Positions 52,983 to 64,000 of a stretch of 64,000 nucleotides of DNA are shown here, piece after piece. A model generated the notes under the pieces. That model was not told the origin of the DNA, made no database searches, and saw nothing but the letters and a program-made list of their open reading frames with translations. Position 1 is the first letter of the stretch; each line of letters starts with the position of its first letter. This stretch comes from Mobula hypostoma (lineage: Eukaryota): assembly GCF_963921235.1 (NCBI RefSeq), contig NC_086097.1, positions 7,192,001-7,256,000 of the forward strand, written 5' to 3'. A program made the position numbers and the translations under genes.

Positions 52983-53267
52983 TGTAGCGGTGTGCTACAC
53001 ACAGCGCTAGAATAACCACACGTAGTCGGTGAGTTAGAGTTGCGATGAAAGAGATTTATGCAGACTTCGCGGCCTGCTTTAAAGCCTTCCTGTTCCCGCC
53101 CTCCCTGGGCGGGACTGCTGCGGGGAATGTATATTCCCAGACCCTTTCCGCGCGCGGGATTTTCCCCCTGCTGGTGAAGATGGCCTGGCGCCCTTTTTGG
53201 GGCCGGCCCTCTGCCTGCGCGCGCTGTTGTGAGCCGGTTCGTGTGTGCCAGAAAGTGGGTCACCACA
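52983..53267 (-). repeat. 3' LTR of CsRN1-like element
   Basis: About 9 substitutions and 1 indel versus 57056-57341. Confidence 0.95.
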
Positions 53268-56200
53268 TAACCCCCCCCCCCCCAGAACCGGCGATACCTC
53301 CCCCAATGTCCACAGTCTGGATCGGCCTCTGTTTGGGAGGTCTGCCCCTGCGCCGCGGTGCCTGAGCCTGGACCGGTTGCACCAAGTCCACATGGGCCGG
53401 TTTGAGTCGGTCCACCGTGAAAACCTCCTCTCTCCCCCCAATGTCCAGCACAAACGTGGACTCGTTGTTCCTGATCACCTTAAACGGCCCCTCGTAGGGC
53501 CGCTGTAGCGGTGCCCGGTGTCCGCCCCGTCGTACAAAAAGAAACTTACAGTTCTGCAGGTCTTTGGGTACGCAGGTCGGGCTCTGTTCGTGCTGTGAAG
53601 TGGGGATGGGGGCCAGGTTACCGAGCCTCTCCCGTAGTCTGTCCAGGACTGCTGTGGGTTCTTCCTCTTGCCCCCTTGGGGCTGGTATGAACTCTCCTGG
53701 GACGACCAGGGGTGCGCCGTACACCAACTCGGCCGACGAGGTGTGCAGATCCTCCTTGGGCGTCGTGCGGATTCCGAGCAGGACCCAGGGAAGCTCGTCC
53801 ACCCAGTTAGGCCCCTCCAGGCGGGCCATGAGAGCCGATTTCAGGTGACGGTGGAAGCACTCCACTAGTCCGTTCCACTGTGGGTGGTAGGCAGTTGTGT
53901 GGTGTAGCTGAGATCCTAAAAGGTTGGCCATACCTGACCACAAACTGGAGGTGAACTGGGCGCCCCTGTCGGAGGTAATGTGGGCCGGTACCCCGAAGCG
54001 GGCTACCCAGGTTGCGATCAGTGCTCGGGCGCAGGATTCGGAGGTGGTGTCGCTGAGCGGGACTGCCTCTGGCCATCTGGTGAACCGGTCTATCATAGTT
54101 AGGAGGTACCGCACTCCTCGTGACACTGGCAGGGGCCTCACGATATCCACATGGATGTGGTCGAACCTCCGGCGGGTGGGTTCGAACCGCTGCGGTGGAG
54201 CCTTGGTATGCCGCTGCACCTTGGCCGTTTGGCACTGCATGCACGTTTTGGCCCATTCACTGACCTGCTTACGAAGTCCATGCCACACGAACCTGTTGGC
54301 GACCAGCCGGACGGTTGTCCTGATGGAGGGGTGCACTAAGTTGTGAATGGACTCGAAAACCCGCCGGCGCCAGGCTGCTGGGACGACGGGGCGGGGTTGG
54401 CTGGTAGCTACGTCACATAGTAGGGTCCTCTCACCTGGGCCTACGGGGAGGTCTTGGAGCTGTAAACCGGAGACTGCAGTCCTGTAACTGGGGATCTCAG
54501 CGTCTGCCTGCTGTGCCTCTGCCAGCGCTGCATAATCCACCCCCTGGGACAGGGCCTGTATAGTAGGTCTGGATAGTGCGTCCGCCACGACGTTGTCCTT
54601 TCCCGAGACATGCCGGATGTCCGTCGTGTACTCGGAGATGTAGGACAGATGTCGCTGCTGGCGGGACGACCGGGGTCGGACACCTTCATGAATGCAAAGG
54701 TAAGCGGTTTGTGACCTGTGAACGTGGTGAAAGGTCTACCTTCTAAGAAGTACCTGAAATGCCGGATTGCCAGGTATAGTGCCAATAGCTCCCGGTTGAA
54801 AGCACTGTATTTGAGTTCAGGTGGTCATAGGTGTTTGCTGAAGAAAACCAGGGGTTGCCAGCGACCCTCGATGAGTTGTTCCAGCACTCCACCGACCGCT
54901 GTGTTGGATGCGTCCACCATGAGGGTAGTTCTGGGGTGCACTAGCATCGCGGCGATTGCCAAGGCCTCTTTGGTTTTAACAAAAGCGGTTGCGGCCTCTT
55001 CGTCCCAGGTAATGTCCTTGCCCTCACCCGACATTAGAGTGAACAGGGGTCGCATGGTTCGGGCTGCTGAGGGGAGGAAACGGTGGTAGAAATTCACCAT
55101 ACCCATGAATTCCTGCAGACCTTTGATTGTGTTGGGTCGGGGGAAGTTGCGGACCGCGTCTACCTTGGCGGGCAGCGGGGTTGCCCCGTCTTTAGTAATC
55201 CTGTGGCCCAGGAAGTCGATGGTGTCGAGTCCGAACTGGCATTTGGCTGGGTTGATTGTAAGGCCGAATTCACTCAGGCGGGAGTAGAGCTGGCGGAGGT
55301 GGGACAGATGCTCCTGACGACTACTGCTGGCTATGAGGATGTCGTCCAAATAGATGAATGCAAAGTCCAGGTCGTGTCCCACCGCGTCCATTAGCCGCTG
55401 GAAAGTCTGTGCGGCATTCTTTAGACCAAACGGCATTCGGAGGAATCCGAAAAGTCCGAACGGGGTGATAAGTGCTGTTTTGGGGATGTCGTCCGGATGT
55501 ACAGGGATTTGATGGTATCCCCGGACGAGGTCTACCTTGGAAAAGATCCTTGCGCCGTGTAGGTTTGCTGCGAAGTCTTGAATGTGCGGGACAGGGTAGC
55601 GGTCTGGCGTTGTAGACTCGTTCAGCCTGCAGTAGTCACCGCATGGTCTCCAGCCCCCCGTTGCCTTGGGCACCATATGAAGGGGGGAGGCCCATGGGCT
55701 GTCGGACCGTCGTATGATCCCCAATTCCTCCATCTTCTTGAACTCCTCCTTCGCCAGTCGGAGCTTGTCCGGGGGAAGCCTTCGAGCACGGGCGTGGAGG
55801 GGTGGTCCCTGAGTCGGGATGTGGTGCTGTACTCCGTGTCTGGGCATGGCTGCCGTGAACTGCGGTGTCAGTACTGATGGGAAATCCGCCAGGACCCTGG
55901 TGAATTCGTCATCGGACAGCGTGATGGAGTCCAGGTGTGGGGCTGGCAACTGTGCTTCACCCAGGAAGAACGTTTGAAAAGTCTTGGCGTGGACTAATCG
56001 CTTCCCTTGCAGGTCGACCAGCAGGCTGTGGGCTTGTAGAAAATCCGCCCCCAGGAGTGGTTGGGCCACGGCGGCCAGTGTGAAGTCCCACGTGAACCGG
56101 CTGGAGCTGAACTGTAGCCGCACCGTGCGGGTGCCGTAGGTTCGTATTGTGCTGCCATTAGCAGCTCTCAGGGTGGGTCCCGGTTCTCTGTTGTGGGTGT

Positions 56201-56345
56201 CGTAACTCGTTGGAGGTAAGACGCTGATCTCCGCTCCGGTGTCGACCAAAAAGCGGCGTCCCGACTGCTTGTCCCAGACGTACAGGAGGCTGTCCTGATG
56301 GCCAGCCGCCGTAGCCATCAGCAGCGGCTGGCCCTGGCATTTCCC
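53260..56345 (-). pseudogene. pol (PR-RT-RH-IN) of CsRN1-like element, disrupted
   Basis: LVDTGA, MPFGL, YLDD and VDAS in ORF 54825-56411; in-frame TGA at 54825-54827; frameshift near 54673; integrase ORF 53260-54588 with HHCC, HVD, TSDRG and a YEGPF (GPY/F) motif. Confidence 0.93.
56300..56345 (-). promoter_or_regulatory. Putative -1 ribosomal frameshift signal
   Basis: G GGA AAT heptamer (56345-56339) in the gag frame, 5-nt spacer, perfect 10-bp stem GGCCAGCCGC/GCGGCTGGCC; pol lies in the -1 frame. Confidence 0.78.
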
Positions 56346-57015
56346 AGGAATTTGCAGGGTGGTCTGCAGCGGCCGGCCTCTGTGCCCCACCGCTGGTGGT
56401 AGAAACACCATTGTTCGTTGGGCTCCTCACTTCCGTCGCCGGGTTTTGTAGGCTCTGCTGCCGGGCCTGGTCTGGTCTGTCGTTGGGCACGTGGCTTGGT
56501 GATCTGTGCGACGGATGCCCCTCTCTCTTTCCTGGCATTCCACAGTTCATCTGCCCGGGCCGCCACCTCCCGGGGGTTGCTGAAATCTGCGTCGGACAGC
56601 AGCAGGCGTATGTCCTCGGACAGTTGCTCTAGGAACACCTGCTCAAACATGAGGCAGGGTTTGTGTCCTTCAGCCAGGGCCATCATCTCGTTCATTAATG
56701 CTGACGGCGGCCTGTCTCCCAAACCATCCAGGTGCATTAAGCGGCGTGCTCGTTCACGTCGTGAGAGTCCGAAAGTCCTTATGAGCAGGGCTTTGAATGC
56801 TGTGTATTTGCCGTCCTCCGGGGGCGACTGTATAAACTCCTCAACTTGTGCAGCAGTCTCCTGGTCGAGTGAGCTCAGCACGTAGTAGTAGCGAGTGGAC
56901 TCCGAGGTTATCTGCCGAATGTGAAATTGTGCTTCTGCTTGTTCGAACCATAATTGGGGTCGCAGCGTCCAGAAGGTTGGCCAGAAACTGCGTGAACAGA
57001 TGCAGCATCGGTCAT
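56318..57015 (-). pseudogene. gag of CsRN1-like element, frameshifted near its N-terminus
   Basis: ATG 57015 (MTDAASVHAV) is out of frame with PTFWTLRPQLWFEQAEAQF and ORF 56318-56881, which ends [19 protein letters not shown] (CHCC). Confidence 0.88.
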
Positions 57016-57039
57016 CTCTGGTCCAAATATCGTTTGGGC

Positions 57040-57053
57040 CGTCGGGGTCACCA
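57040..57053 (-). promoter_or_regulatory. Primer-binding site, tRNA-Trp
   Basis: TGGTGACCCCGACG, 2 nt from the 5' LTR; equals the first 14 nt of the known tRNA-Trp PBS TGGTGACCCCGACGTGAT. Confidence 0.88.
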
Positions 57054-57055
57054 AT

Positions 57056-57341
57056 TGTAGCGGTGTGCTACACACAGCGCTAGAATAACCACACGGAGTC
57101 GGTGAGTTAGAGTTGCGATGAAAGAGATTTATTCAGACTTCGCGGCCTACTTTAAAGCCTTCCCGTTCCCGCCCTCCCGGGGGCAGGACTGCTGTGGGGA
57201 ATGCATATTCCCAGACCCTTTCCGCGCGCGGGATTTTCCCCCTGCTGGTGAAGATGGCCTGGCGCCCTTTTTGGGGCCGGCCCTCTGCCTGCGCGCGCTG
57301 TTGTGAGCCGGTTCGTGTGTGCCAGAAAGTGGGTCGCCACA
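57056..57341 (-). repeat. 5' LTR of CsRN1-like element
   Basis: Adjacent to the PBS; retains AATAAA on the minus strand. Confidence 0.95.
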
Positions 57342-59276
57342 GTCTCACCTTAAATGCAAGCCATCTGGTATTAGCCATTTCAAACCCAGAGAAAAAATAT
57401 ACTGTCTGTCTGCTCTGTTATGCCTCTCATGATGTTATAAATCTCCATCAGATCTCCCCTTAGCCTCTGCCACACCAGAGAAAACAACCCAACTCTGTCC
57501 AACCTCTTGTTACAGCACATGCCCTCTAATCCAGGCAGCATCCTGGTAAACCTCTTCTACACCCTCTCCAAAACCTCCACACCCTTCCTTCAGTGGGGTG
57601 CCCAGATGTGTATGCAATATGTTTTCTTGGGCTGAACTAGACACTGAGGAACTGCACTCTCTATGATCCACTGCAAGTTACTGCAGGTAATCATCTTTTC
57701 ATGCAGAGACAGTGGCACGTGAATGCACAGATTGAAATGACCGGGGCTGTACATGTGCAGAGGGTTGGCGAGGGCAGAGCACTCATATGTGTATGCACGT
57801 GTGTATAATCTGAGTTTGTTTAACATACCCCTCAAACTTAAATTCTGTACACACTCTGGTTGTTGTGTTTTGAGAAGTGCAATTAACGACCAAGAGCGAG
57901 TTTGAGGAGCTCACCTTCTCTGAGTCCAGATGTGTATAAAAACCGGCTGTCTGCTCAGTTTGACAGGCACCAGAGTTTCCAGTGCTACGACCATCAGGCT
58001 CCTGAACTGGCATGTATGGATCACTTCACTCTCATCCCACCAACTGTGGACTCACTTTCAAGGACTCCTCTACTCATGTTCTCACAATTAATTATTTACT
58101 TCTTAAAAATTATTCACACAATTTGCCTTCTTTTGCACACTGGTGCTTTGTCAGTCCACTTTTCTGCATATTTCATTCATAAATTCTATTGCATTTCTTT
58201 ATTTTCCCGTAAATTAATTAATTACTTTATTGAGATACAGCACGGAATAAGCCCTTCAAGTCGTGCGGCCCAATAAACCCTCGATTTAATCTGAGGCTAA
58301 TTATGGGACAGTTTATGATAACCAAATCTACCACATCTTTGGACTGTGGGAGGAAACAAGAGCTCCTGGAGGAATCCCATGTGATCACGGGTAGAACATA
58401 CTAAATGGTTAAAGCAGCGTCGGTAATTGAACCCGAGTTGCCTGCATGGTAAAGTGTTGTGCTAACCATTACACTACCGTGCTGCTTTCTGCAAGAAAAA
58501 TGAATGTGAAGGTACTAGATGGTACGTATGTACTTTAAAAATAAATTTAACTTTGAGTTTGACCTAGAAAATGATGATGATGCCTGCTGGCTAGAATATT
58601 TAGTACTGGAATTGTTCATCTGGTCTCACACAGTAAAACCTGCAGGTTGGTGGCAATTGTGATGCTTGTGCGTAGGATGGCTTGCCAACATTTCCTGGTA
58701 AAACAGAACACGATGTTTCCAGTAACCATTAAAGTTCAAATGACCTAACTGAATTAATGGCCTCGTCAGCACTTCCCAGACATGTGGCAGTCTGAGGCCA
58801 TTTCACAATGTTCTGAGTAACAGATTGACCTCTGGATATCTCCAGTCAAAACCCATCTGATCATGGGGGAACGTACCAAATCCTTAAAGGCAGTGTCGGC
58901 AATTGAACCCGGGCTGCCTATACAGGAAAGTGCTGTACTAACCATTACGCTACTGTGCTACTCTATTTGACTGCAAGAAAGTGAATGTGAAGGTACTCTG
59001 TTCTGAGGCTGTGTCCTCTGGTGTTACATTCCCCCACCACAGGACACATCCTTTTCACATCCACTCTCCCAAGACCTTTCACAATTCAATAGGTTGCAAT
59101 GAGATCCCACACCCTCCCATTCTTCTGAATTCCAGTGAGTGCAGGCCCAGGGCCATCAAATGCTCCTCATATGTTAACCATTCCATTCCCAGAATCATTG
59201 TCATTCATTTCCTCTGGACCTTCTCCTATGTCAACACATCCTTTGGTAGGTGTGACTAGACTGAAAGTCAGCAGAT

Positions 59277-61330
59277 ATAAGACCATAAGACCATAAGACA
59301 AAGGAGCAGAAGTAGGCCATTCAGCACATCGAGTCTGCTCCGCCATTTTATCATGAGCTGATCCATTTTATCCTATTTAGTCCCACTGCCCCACATTCTC
59401 ACCATAACCTTTGATGCCCTGGCTACTCAGATACCTATCAATCTCTGCCTTAAAGACACCCAATGACTTGGCCTCCACTGCTGCCCGTGGCAACAAATTC
59501 CATAGATTCACCACCCTCTGACTAAAAAATTTTTTTCGCACTGCTGTTCTGAAAGGGCGCCCTTCAATCCTGAAGTCATACCCTCTCGTACTAGACTCCC
59601 CCATCATGGGAAACAACTTTGCCACATCCACTCTGTCCATGCCTTTTAACATTCGAAATGTTTCTATGAGGTCTCCCCTCATTCTTCTAAACTCCAAGGA
59701 ATACAGTCCAAGAGCGGACAAATGTTCATCATATGTTAACCCTCTCATTCCCGGAATCATTCCAGTGAATCTTCTCTGTACCCTCTCCAACGTCAGCACA
59801 TCCTTTCTTAAATAAGGAGACCAAAACTGCCCACAGTACTCCAAGTGAGGTCTCACCAGTGCCTTATAGAGCCTCAACATCACATCCCTGCTCCTATACT
59901 CTATTCCTCTAGAAATGAATGCCAACATTGCATTCGCCTTCTTCACTACCGACTCAACCTGGAGGTTAACTTTAAGGGAATCTTGTACGAGGACTCCTAA
60001 GTCCCGTTGCATCTCAGAACTTTGAATTCTTTCCCCATTTAAATAATAGTCTGCCTGTTTAGTTTTTCTGCCAAAGTGCATAACCATACACTTTCCAACA
60101 TTGTACTTCATTTGCCACTTCTCTGCCCATTCTTCCGATCTATCCAAGTCTCTCCGCAGACTCTCCGTTTCCTCAGCACTACCGGCCCCTCCACCTATCT
60201 TCGTATCGTCAGCAAACTTAGCCACAAAGACACCTATTCCATAATCCAAATCGTTGATGTACAATGTAAAAAGAAGCGGCCCCAACACTGATCCCTGTGG
60301 AACACCACTGGTAACCGGCAGCCAACGAGAATAGGATCCCTTTATTCCCACTCTCTGTTTCCTGCCAATCAGCCAACGCTCTATCCACGTATGTAACTTT
60401 CCTGTAATTCCATGGGCTCTTATCTTGTTAAGCAGCCTCATGTGTGACACCTTGTCAAAGGCCTTCTGAAAATCCAAATATACAACATCCACTGCATCTC
60501 CCTTGTCTAGCCTACTGGTAATTTCCTCAAAAAATTGTAATAAGTTTGTCAGGCAGGATTTTCCTTTAAGGAATCCATACTGAGTTCTGCCTATCTTGTC
60601 ATATGCCTCCAGGTACTCTGTAACCTCATCCTTGACAATCGACTCCAACAACTTCCCAACCACCGACGTCAAGCTAACAGGTCTATAATTTCCTTTTTGC
60701 TTCCTTTCCCTCTTCTGAAATAGCGGAGTGACATTTGCAATCTTCCAGTCCTCCGGAACCATGCTAGAATCTATCGACTTTTGAAAGATCATTACTAATG
60801 CCTCCGCAATCTCCACAGCTACTTCCTTCAGAACACGAGGGTGCATTCCATCTGGTCCAGGTGTTTTATCTACCTTTAGACTATTCAGCTTCCTGAGTAC
60901 TTTCTCTGTCGTAATTGTGACCGTGCACACTTCTCTTCCCTGCCACCCTTGAGTGTCCGGTATACTGCTGATGTCTTCCTCAGTGAAGACTGATGCAAAA
61001 TACTTGTTCAGTTCCTCTGCCATCTCCTCATCTCCCATTACAATTTCTCCAGTATCATTTTCTATCGGTCCTATATCTACTCTCACCTGTCTTTTACTCT
61101 TTATATACTTGAAAAAGCTTTTAGTATCCTCTTCGATATTATTTGCTAGTTTCCTTTCATAGTTAATTTTTTCTCTCTTAATGACTTTCTTGGTTTCCTT
61201 TTGTAAGATTTTAAAGACTTCCCAATCCTCTGTCTTCCCACTAATTTTTGCTTCCCTGTATGCCCTCTCCTTTGCTTTAACTTTGGCTTTGACTTCTCTT
61301 GTCAACCACAGTTGCATCCTTTTTCCACTC
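59277..61330 (-). mobile_element. Young 5'-truncated CR1 LINE
   Basis: (CATAAGAC)n tail, CR1 3' UTR and an uninterrupted ORF2 fragment. Confidence 0.93.
59377..61317 (-). CDS. CR1 ORF2 reverse transcriptase domain (open frame; 5'-truncated, no endonuclease)
   Basis: 646 codons without a stop: NYRPVSLTS, YLDFQKAFDKV, GVPQGSVLGPLLF, FADD, LVRPHLEYC. Expression is not shown. Confidence 0.75.
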   Translation of the reverse strand: MQLWLTREVKAKVKAKERAYREAKISGKTEDWEVFKILQKETKKVIKREKINYERKLANNIEEDTKSFFKYIKSKRQVRVDIGPIENDTGEIVMGDEEMAEELNKYFASVFTEEDISSIPDTQGWQGREVCTVTITTEKVLRKLNSLKVDKTPGPDGMHPRVLKEVAVEIAEALVMIFQKSIDSSMVPEDWKIANVTPLFQKRERKQKGNYRPVSLTSVVGKLLESIVKDEVTEYLEAYDKIGRTQYGFLKGKSCLTNLLQFFEEITSRLDKGDAVDVVYLDFQKAFDKVSHMRLLNKIRAHGITGKLHTWIERWLIGRKQRVGIKGSYSRWLPVTSGVPQGSVLGPLLFTLYINDLDYGIGVFVAKFADDTKIGGGAGSAEETESLRRDLDRSEEWAEKWQMKYNVGKCMVMHFGRKTKQADYYLNGERIQSSEMQRDLGVLVQDSLKVNLQVESVVKKANAMLAFISRGIEYRSRDVMLRLYKALVRPHLEYCGQFWSPYLRKDVLTLERVQRRFTGMIPGMRGLTYDEHLSALGLYSLEFRRMRGDLIETFRMLKGMDRVDVAKLFPMMGESSTRGYDFRIEGRPFRTAVRKKFFSQRVVNLWNLLPRAAVEAKSLGVFKAEIDRYLSSQGIKGYGENVGQWD

Positions 61331-62704
61331 CATATGTATGGAAATTGATGAGGCTACAACAGTTATCAAGCAGAGATTCTTGGGAGAGTTCTGGGAGCAC
61401 ATCTTTTGGCTCAGTTATTTATGTACAACTTGGTTACTCTCTCCAGCTTATTTCCCAAGCCGCTGGGGTCAATTGGAACTGATCTGTCACGGACCTCCAT
61501 TCAGTGTTATCAAGTGGTGTCTCTCTCTGATTCCCATTGTCACCTCATCTGAAGCAATGTCCCCAAAATTCAACATGTCTAATCATCTTAGTTGATGCCC
61601 TTAAATCTCACCTTGCCAATCCTTAATTGATCTTTCACACTAATCATTTCTGCTACCATCTCCCCCTCACTACTTCCCACAATGATTAAATTCTAACTTG
61701 TTGTATCATCCTCTGGTAAAGAGGGGCCACTGCTCAGGATCGGGAAAAGCTGCAGAAAGTTGTAAGCTCAGCCAGCTCCATCATAGACACTAGCTACCCC
61801 AGCATCGAGGACATCTTCAAAAGGTGATGCCACAGAAAGGCTGTATCCATCATTAAAAACTGATAGGCTCTTGATTGGACATGGTGTCAAGGGTTACAGG
61901 GAGAAAGCCAGGAACTGGGGTTGAGGAGAAGATTAAAAAAAAGATCAACCATGATTGAATGGCGGAGCAGACTCGATGGGCCAGATGGCCTAATTCTGCT
62001 GCTATGTTTATGGTCTTATGGCCTTATGGTCCTGAGGCTCCTGGGCCTTTAGTGAGAAGAGAGTAGGCCCTGTGTGGTGGGGGTCCATGATAATGGATGT
62101 TGCTTTCCTCTGACGACACTTCAAGTAGATCTTCTCAATGGTGTGGAGGTCTTTACCCATAATGGACAGGACCATATCCAATACATTTTATAGGGTTTTC
62201 CATTCAAGGACATTGGTATTTCCATACCAAGCTGTGATGAGACAGTCATTATACTCTCCATTATGCATCTATAAAAGTTTGTCAGAGCTCGCAAGTGCTG
62301 TCACATTTCTACTGCCAACATATATCCATATCTAACTAATCCTGACTGTATGCCTTTGGGATGGGGGAAGAACCTGGAGCACCTAGAGGAAACTGCATCA
62401 TCACAGGGCAAGTGTACTAGCTTCCTATAGACAGCAATGATTTTGTACCTTTATGACTCCTTGAAAATATGCCATCCACACATAGCTTACAAGGATGCAA
62501 GAGAAGCTGTGACCCTAGAGGTTCTTCGTAGAGAGGATCTCGGCTATAATGGTATGTAGACCCAAACTGCAACAAGTGATTGGTCATACGAATCAGCACC
62601 TTTAGTTTGACCCAGGAATCTCAAACACATCTGATGCTGGATTGCATTGGAAATCGTAATGCTGGCAGTGAGGCCAGAATCAGGGACCTGGAAACCTAGC
62701 ACCC

Positions 62705-63180
62705 ATAGACACAAGAGATTCTACAGGTGCTGGGAATCCAGAACAACACACAGAAAATGCAGGAGGAACTTGGGCGGCCCATTAGCGTAGTGGTTAGCGC
62801 AATGCTTTACAGTACCAGTGACCCAGTTCCATTCCCACTGCTGTCAGTTAGGAGTTTATAAGTTCTCCCGTGACCGTGTGGATTTCCTCTGGGTGCTCTG
62901 GTTTCCACCCACAGTCCAAAGATATACCGGTTAATAAGTTAATTAGTCATTATAAATTGTCCCATCTATAGGCTATGATTAAATCAGCTTGGTGTGGCCC
63001 AAAGGGCCGGAAGGGCATATTCTGTGCTGCATCTCAATGAATAAATACGCTCAGCAGGTCAGGCAGCACCTGTGGAAATGAATAAACAGTCGATATTTCA
63101 GACTGAGATCTCTCATCAGGACTGGAAAGGAAAGGGGGAAGATGCCGCGGTAGGAAGTGATAGGTGAAGCCAGGTGAAAC
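62705..63180 (-). mobile_element. Penelope-like terminal fragment split by a V-SINE
   Basis: Same repeat as 21082-21190; hammerhead-like motif at 63087-63124. Another 3' UTR-like tract lies at about 63690-64000(+). Confidence 0.65.
63087..63124 (-). ncRNA. Variant minimal hammerhead motif
   Basis: CAGTC-CTGATGA-G-AGA-TCTCAG-TCT-GAAA-T-ATC-GACTG. Confidence 0.5.
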
Positions 63181-64000
63181 CTCGTACCCATTCTGCTTTT
63201 CCACAGATTTCTACAGAGCCAGCTGAATGATGTGCTTTTGAACTCCCTGTTTCAAAGCTTTAACAGGGTCTCTTTACGTGGCATCTGAATGGACATCAAT
63301 GTATTGATTTTTTTCTCTCTCATTTTAAATCTGCTATCAAATGTAAGATCCTGGGAACCTTGCAACTGTGCCACCATTACTTAGGGGAATCAATGAATTT
63401 CAGAATCGTTTGGCCAGCTTCCCAACCTGTTCCTTTTTCTTCTTAAATGGCATTTTAGTTTGAGTATCCATTTAGTTCTCGAAGTACATTTAGATCACTC
63501 TTTCAGCTCATGACAAACTGAACTGGGTTGCAATCAAATCATTGCAGAATATTTGAAAATCTCTAACTTCATTCAGCTACAGATGAACTCATTAGCAACA
63601 TTTGGTCTCTTTAGTGTAGAATTTCTACACAGTAATGAGTTTGTGTTAATTGGTCTTGTGTCTGCTCAGATACTGCTATCGAATTTCTCCTTCCAGTGCT
63701 TTTCCTTTCCTCTTTCCTTCTTCTTCTATTCCACACTCTGGCCTCTTACCTCTTCTCCTCACCAGCCTATCATCTCCCCCTCCTCCTTCCCTTTCTCCCA
63801 TGGTCCAATCTCTTCTCCTATCAGATTCCTTCTTCTCCAGCCCTTTACCTTTTCCAACTTATCACCTCCAAGTTTCTTACTTCATCTCCTCTTTTCCATC
63901 CACCAGGTTTCTTCTATCACATTCTAGATATCCTTCTACACCTTGCCCCACCCTTTTTTTCTGGCATCTTCCCCCTTCCTTTCCAGTGGTAAAGGGACAG

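Larger units (their letters stand above)
52983..57341 (-). mobile_element. Full-length Ty3/Gypsy LTR retrotransposon, CsRN1-like, inactivated
   Basis: LTRs 57056-57341 (5') and 52983-53267 (3') with TG...CA; 4-bp TSD GTCT at 52979-52982 and 57342-57345; poly-G PPT at about 53271-53283; inserted in a CR1 3' fragment. CHCC gag motif and tRNA-Trp PBS are CsRN1-clade traits. Confidence 0.96.

Noticed and set aside
56285..56333. H-type pseudoknot at the frameshift site (loop CTGAT with downstream ATCAG)
   Set aside because: The second pairing directly abuts stem 1 with no connecting loop; a simple hairpin is the supportable structure.
53045..57463. Plus-strand ORFs within the CsRN1-like element and its LTRs, and antisense ORFs in the Mag-like element
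   Set aside because: Shadow ORFs of GC-rich coding or LTR sequence with no motifs; no env-like ORF is present in either element.
62436..62560. Short open frame ...DAREAVTLEVLRREDLGYNG with a GTATGT donor-like site
   Set aside because: No good acceptor and no recognisable homology; expected by chance.

Overview
Eukaryotic, transposon-saturated genomic DNA, probably intronic or intergenic. The mix of CR1, Rex1/Babar-like, Penelope-like and V-SINE repeats suggests a cartilaginous fish (inference). No host protein-coding exon, rRNA, genuine tRNA gene or CRISPR array can be supported. Main contents: (1) a complete but mutated Mag-like Ty3/Gypsy LTR retrotransposon (+, 2998-7446, 5-bp TSD); (2) a complete but mutated CsRN1-like Ty3/Gypsy element (-, 52983-57341, 4-bp TSD, tRNA-Trp PBS, -1 frameshift signal); (3) many CR1 LINEs, including one near full length and one with an open 646-codon RT frame; (4) a 91-copy, 29-bp minisatellite formed inside a CR1 RT coding segment; (5) Penelope-like fragments carrying minimal hammerhead ribozyme motifs; (6) Tc1/mariner and hAT non-autonomous DNA elements and many SINEs. 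The most unusual signal is in the Mag-like element. It has no tRNA primer-binding site; instead the 16 nt at the PBS position are complementary to its own LTR across the AATAAA, suggesting self-priming or poly(A)-signal occlusion, and its RT motif is YLDN. I cannot establish novelty without database searches. All alignments and family calls were made by eye.
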